From NCBI RefSeq assembly GCF_006345805.1, contig NW_021836293.1:1-64000 (forward strand): 64,000 bases of DNA, in the 5' to 3' direction. Below, in pieces: positions 63,961 to 64,000 of this stretch; positions within the stretch are counted from its first letter, which is position 1, and the number at the start of each line of letters is the position of its first letter. Position numbers and translations under genes: made by a program. The notes under the pieces were generated by a model that worked only from the letters and a program-made list of their open reading frames with translations, was not told the DNA's origin and did no database searches. Source of the stretch: Octopus sinensis. Its lineage: Eukaryota.

Positions 63961-64000
63961 GATGTTGTTTTATTTTTGTTACAATTACATCAAAATTGGG

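Overview
AT-rich, microsatellite-dense eukaryotic DNA made up mostly of transposable elements. The repeat repertoire suggests an octopus or other coleoid cephalopod (inference from recognition, not a database result). No host protein-coding gene can be identified with confidence. The only long genuine ORF (42608-45655, minus) is the APE+RT ORF2 of a young CR1-group LINE. Its truncated ORF1 carries tandem CCCH zinc fingers, it has a probable 1-bp homopolymer frameshift near the C-terminus, and it sits inside a (TA)/(TATG) microsatellite. Other content: a same-orientation stack of R4/Dong-type RLE retrotransposon pieces separated by (TAA)n (19.0-25.4 kb); two RTE LINE families (one with C-terminal C2H2 fingers, one with a PHD-like finger inside the RT and duplication-prone 3' ends); two maT (DD37D) copies fused into a 1.4-kb inverted repeat; several decayed mariners; a nested possible-piggyBac/MITE/CR1 stack; a Penelope-like remnant and hammerhead-like motifs; three tRNA-derived SINE families; several near-perfect hairpins; a frame-preserving 120/150-bp triplication; a CTCF-like motif; and two candidate minus-strand splice acceptors. 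Most short ORFs in the track are microsatellite translations. Boundaries of degraded elements are approximate.
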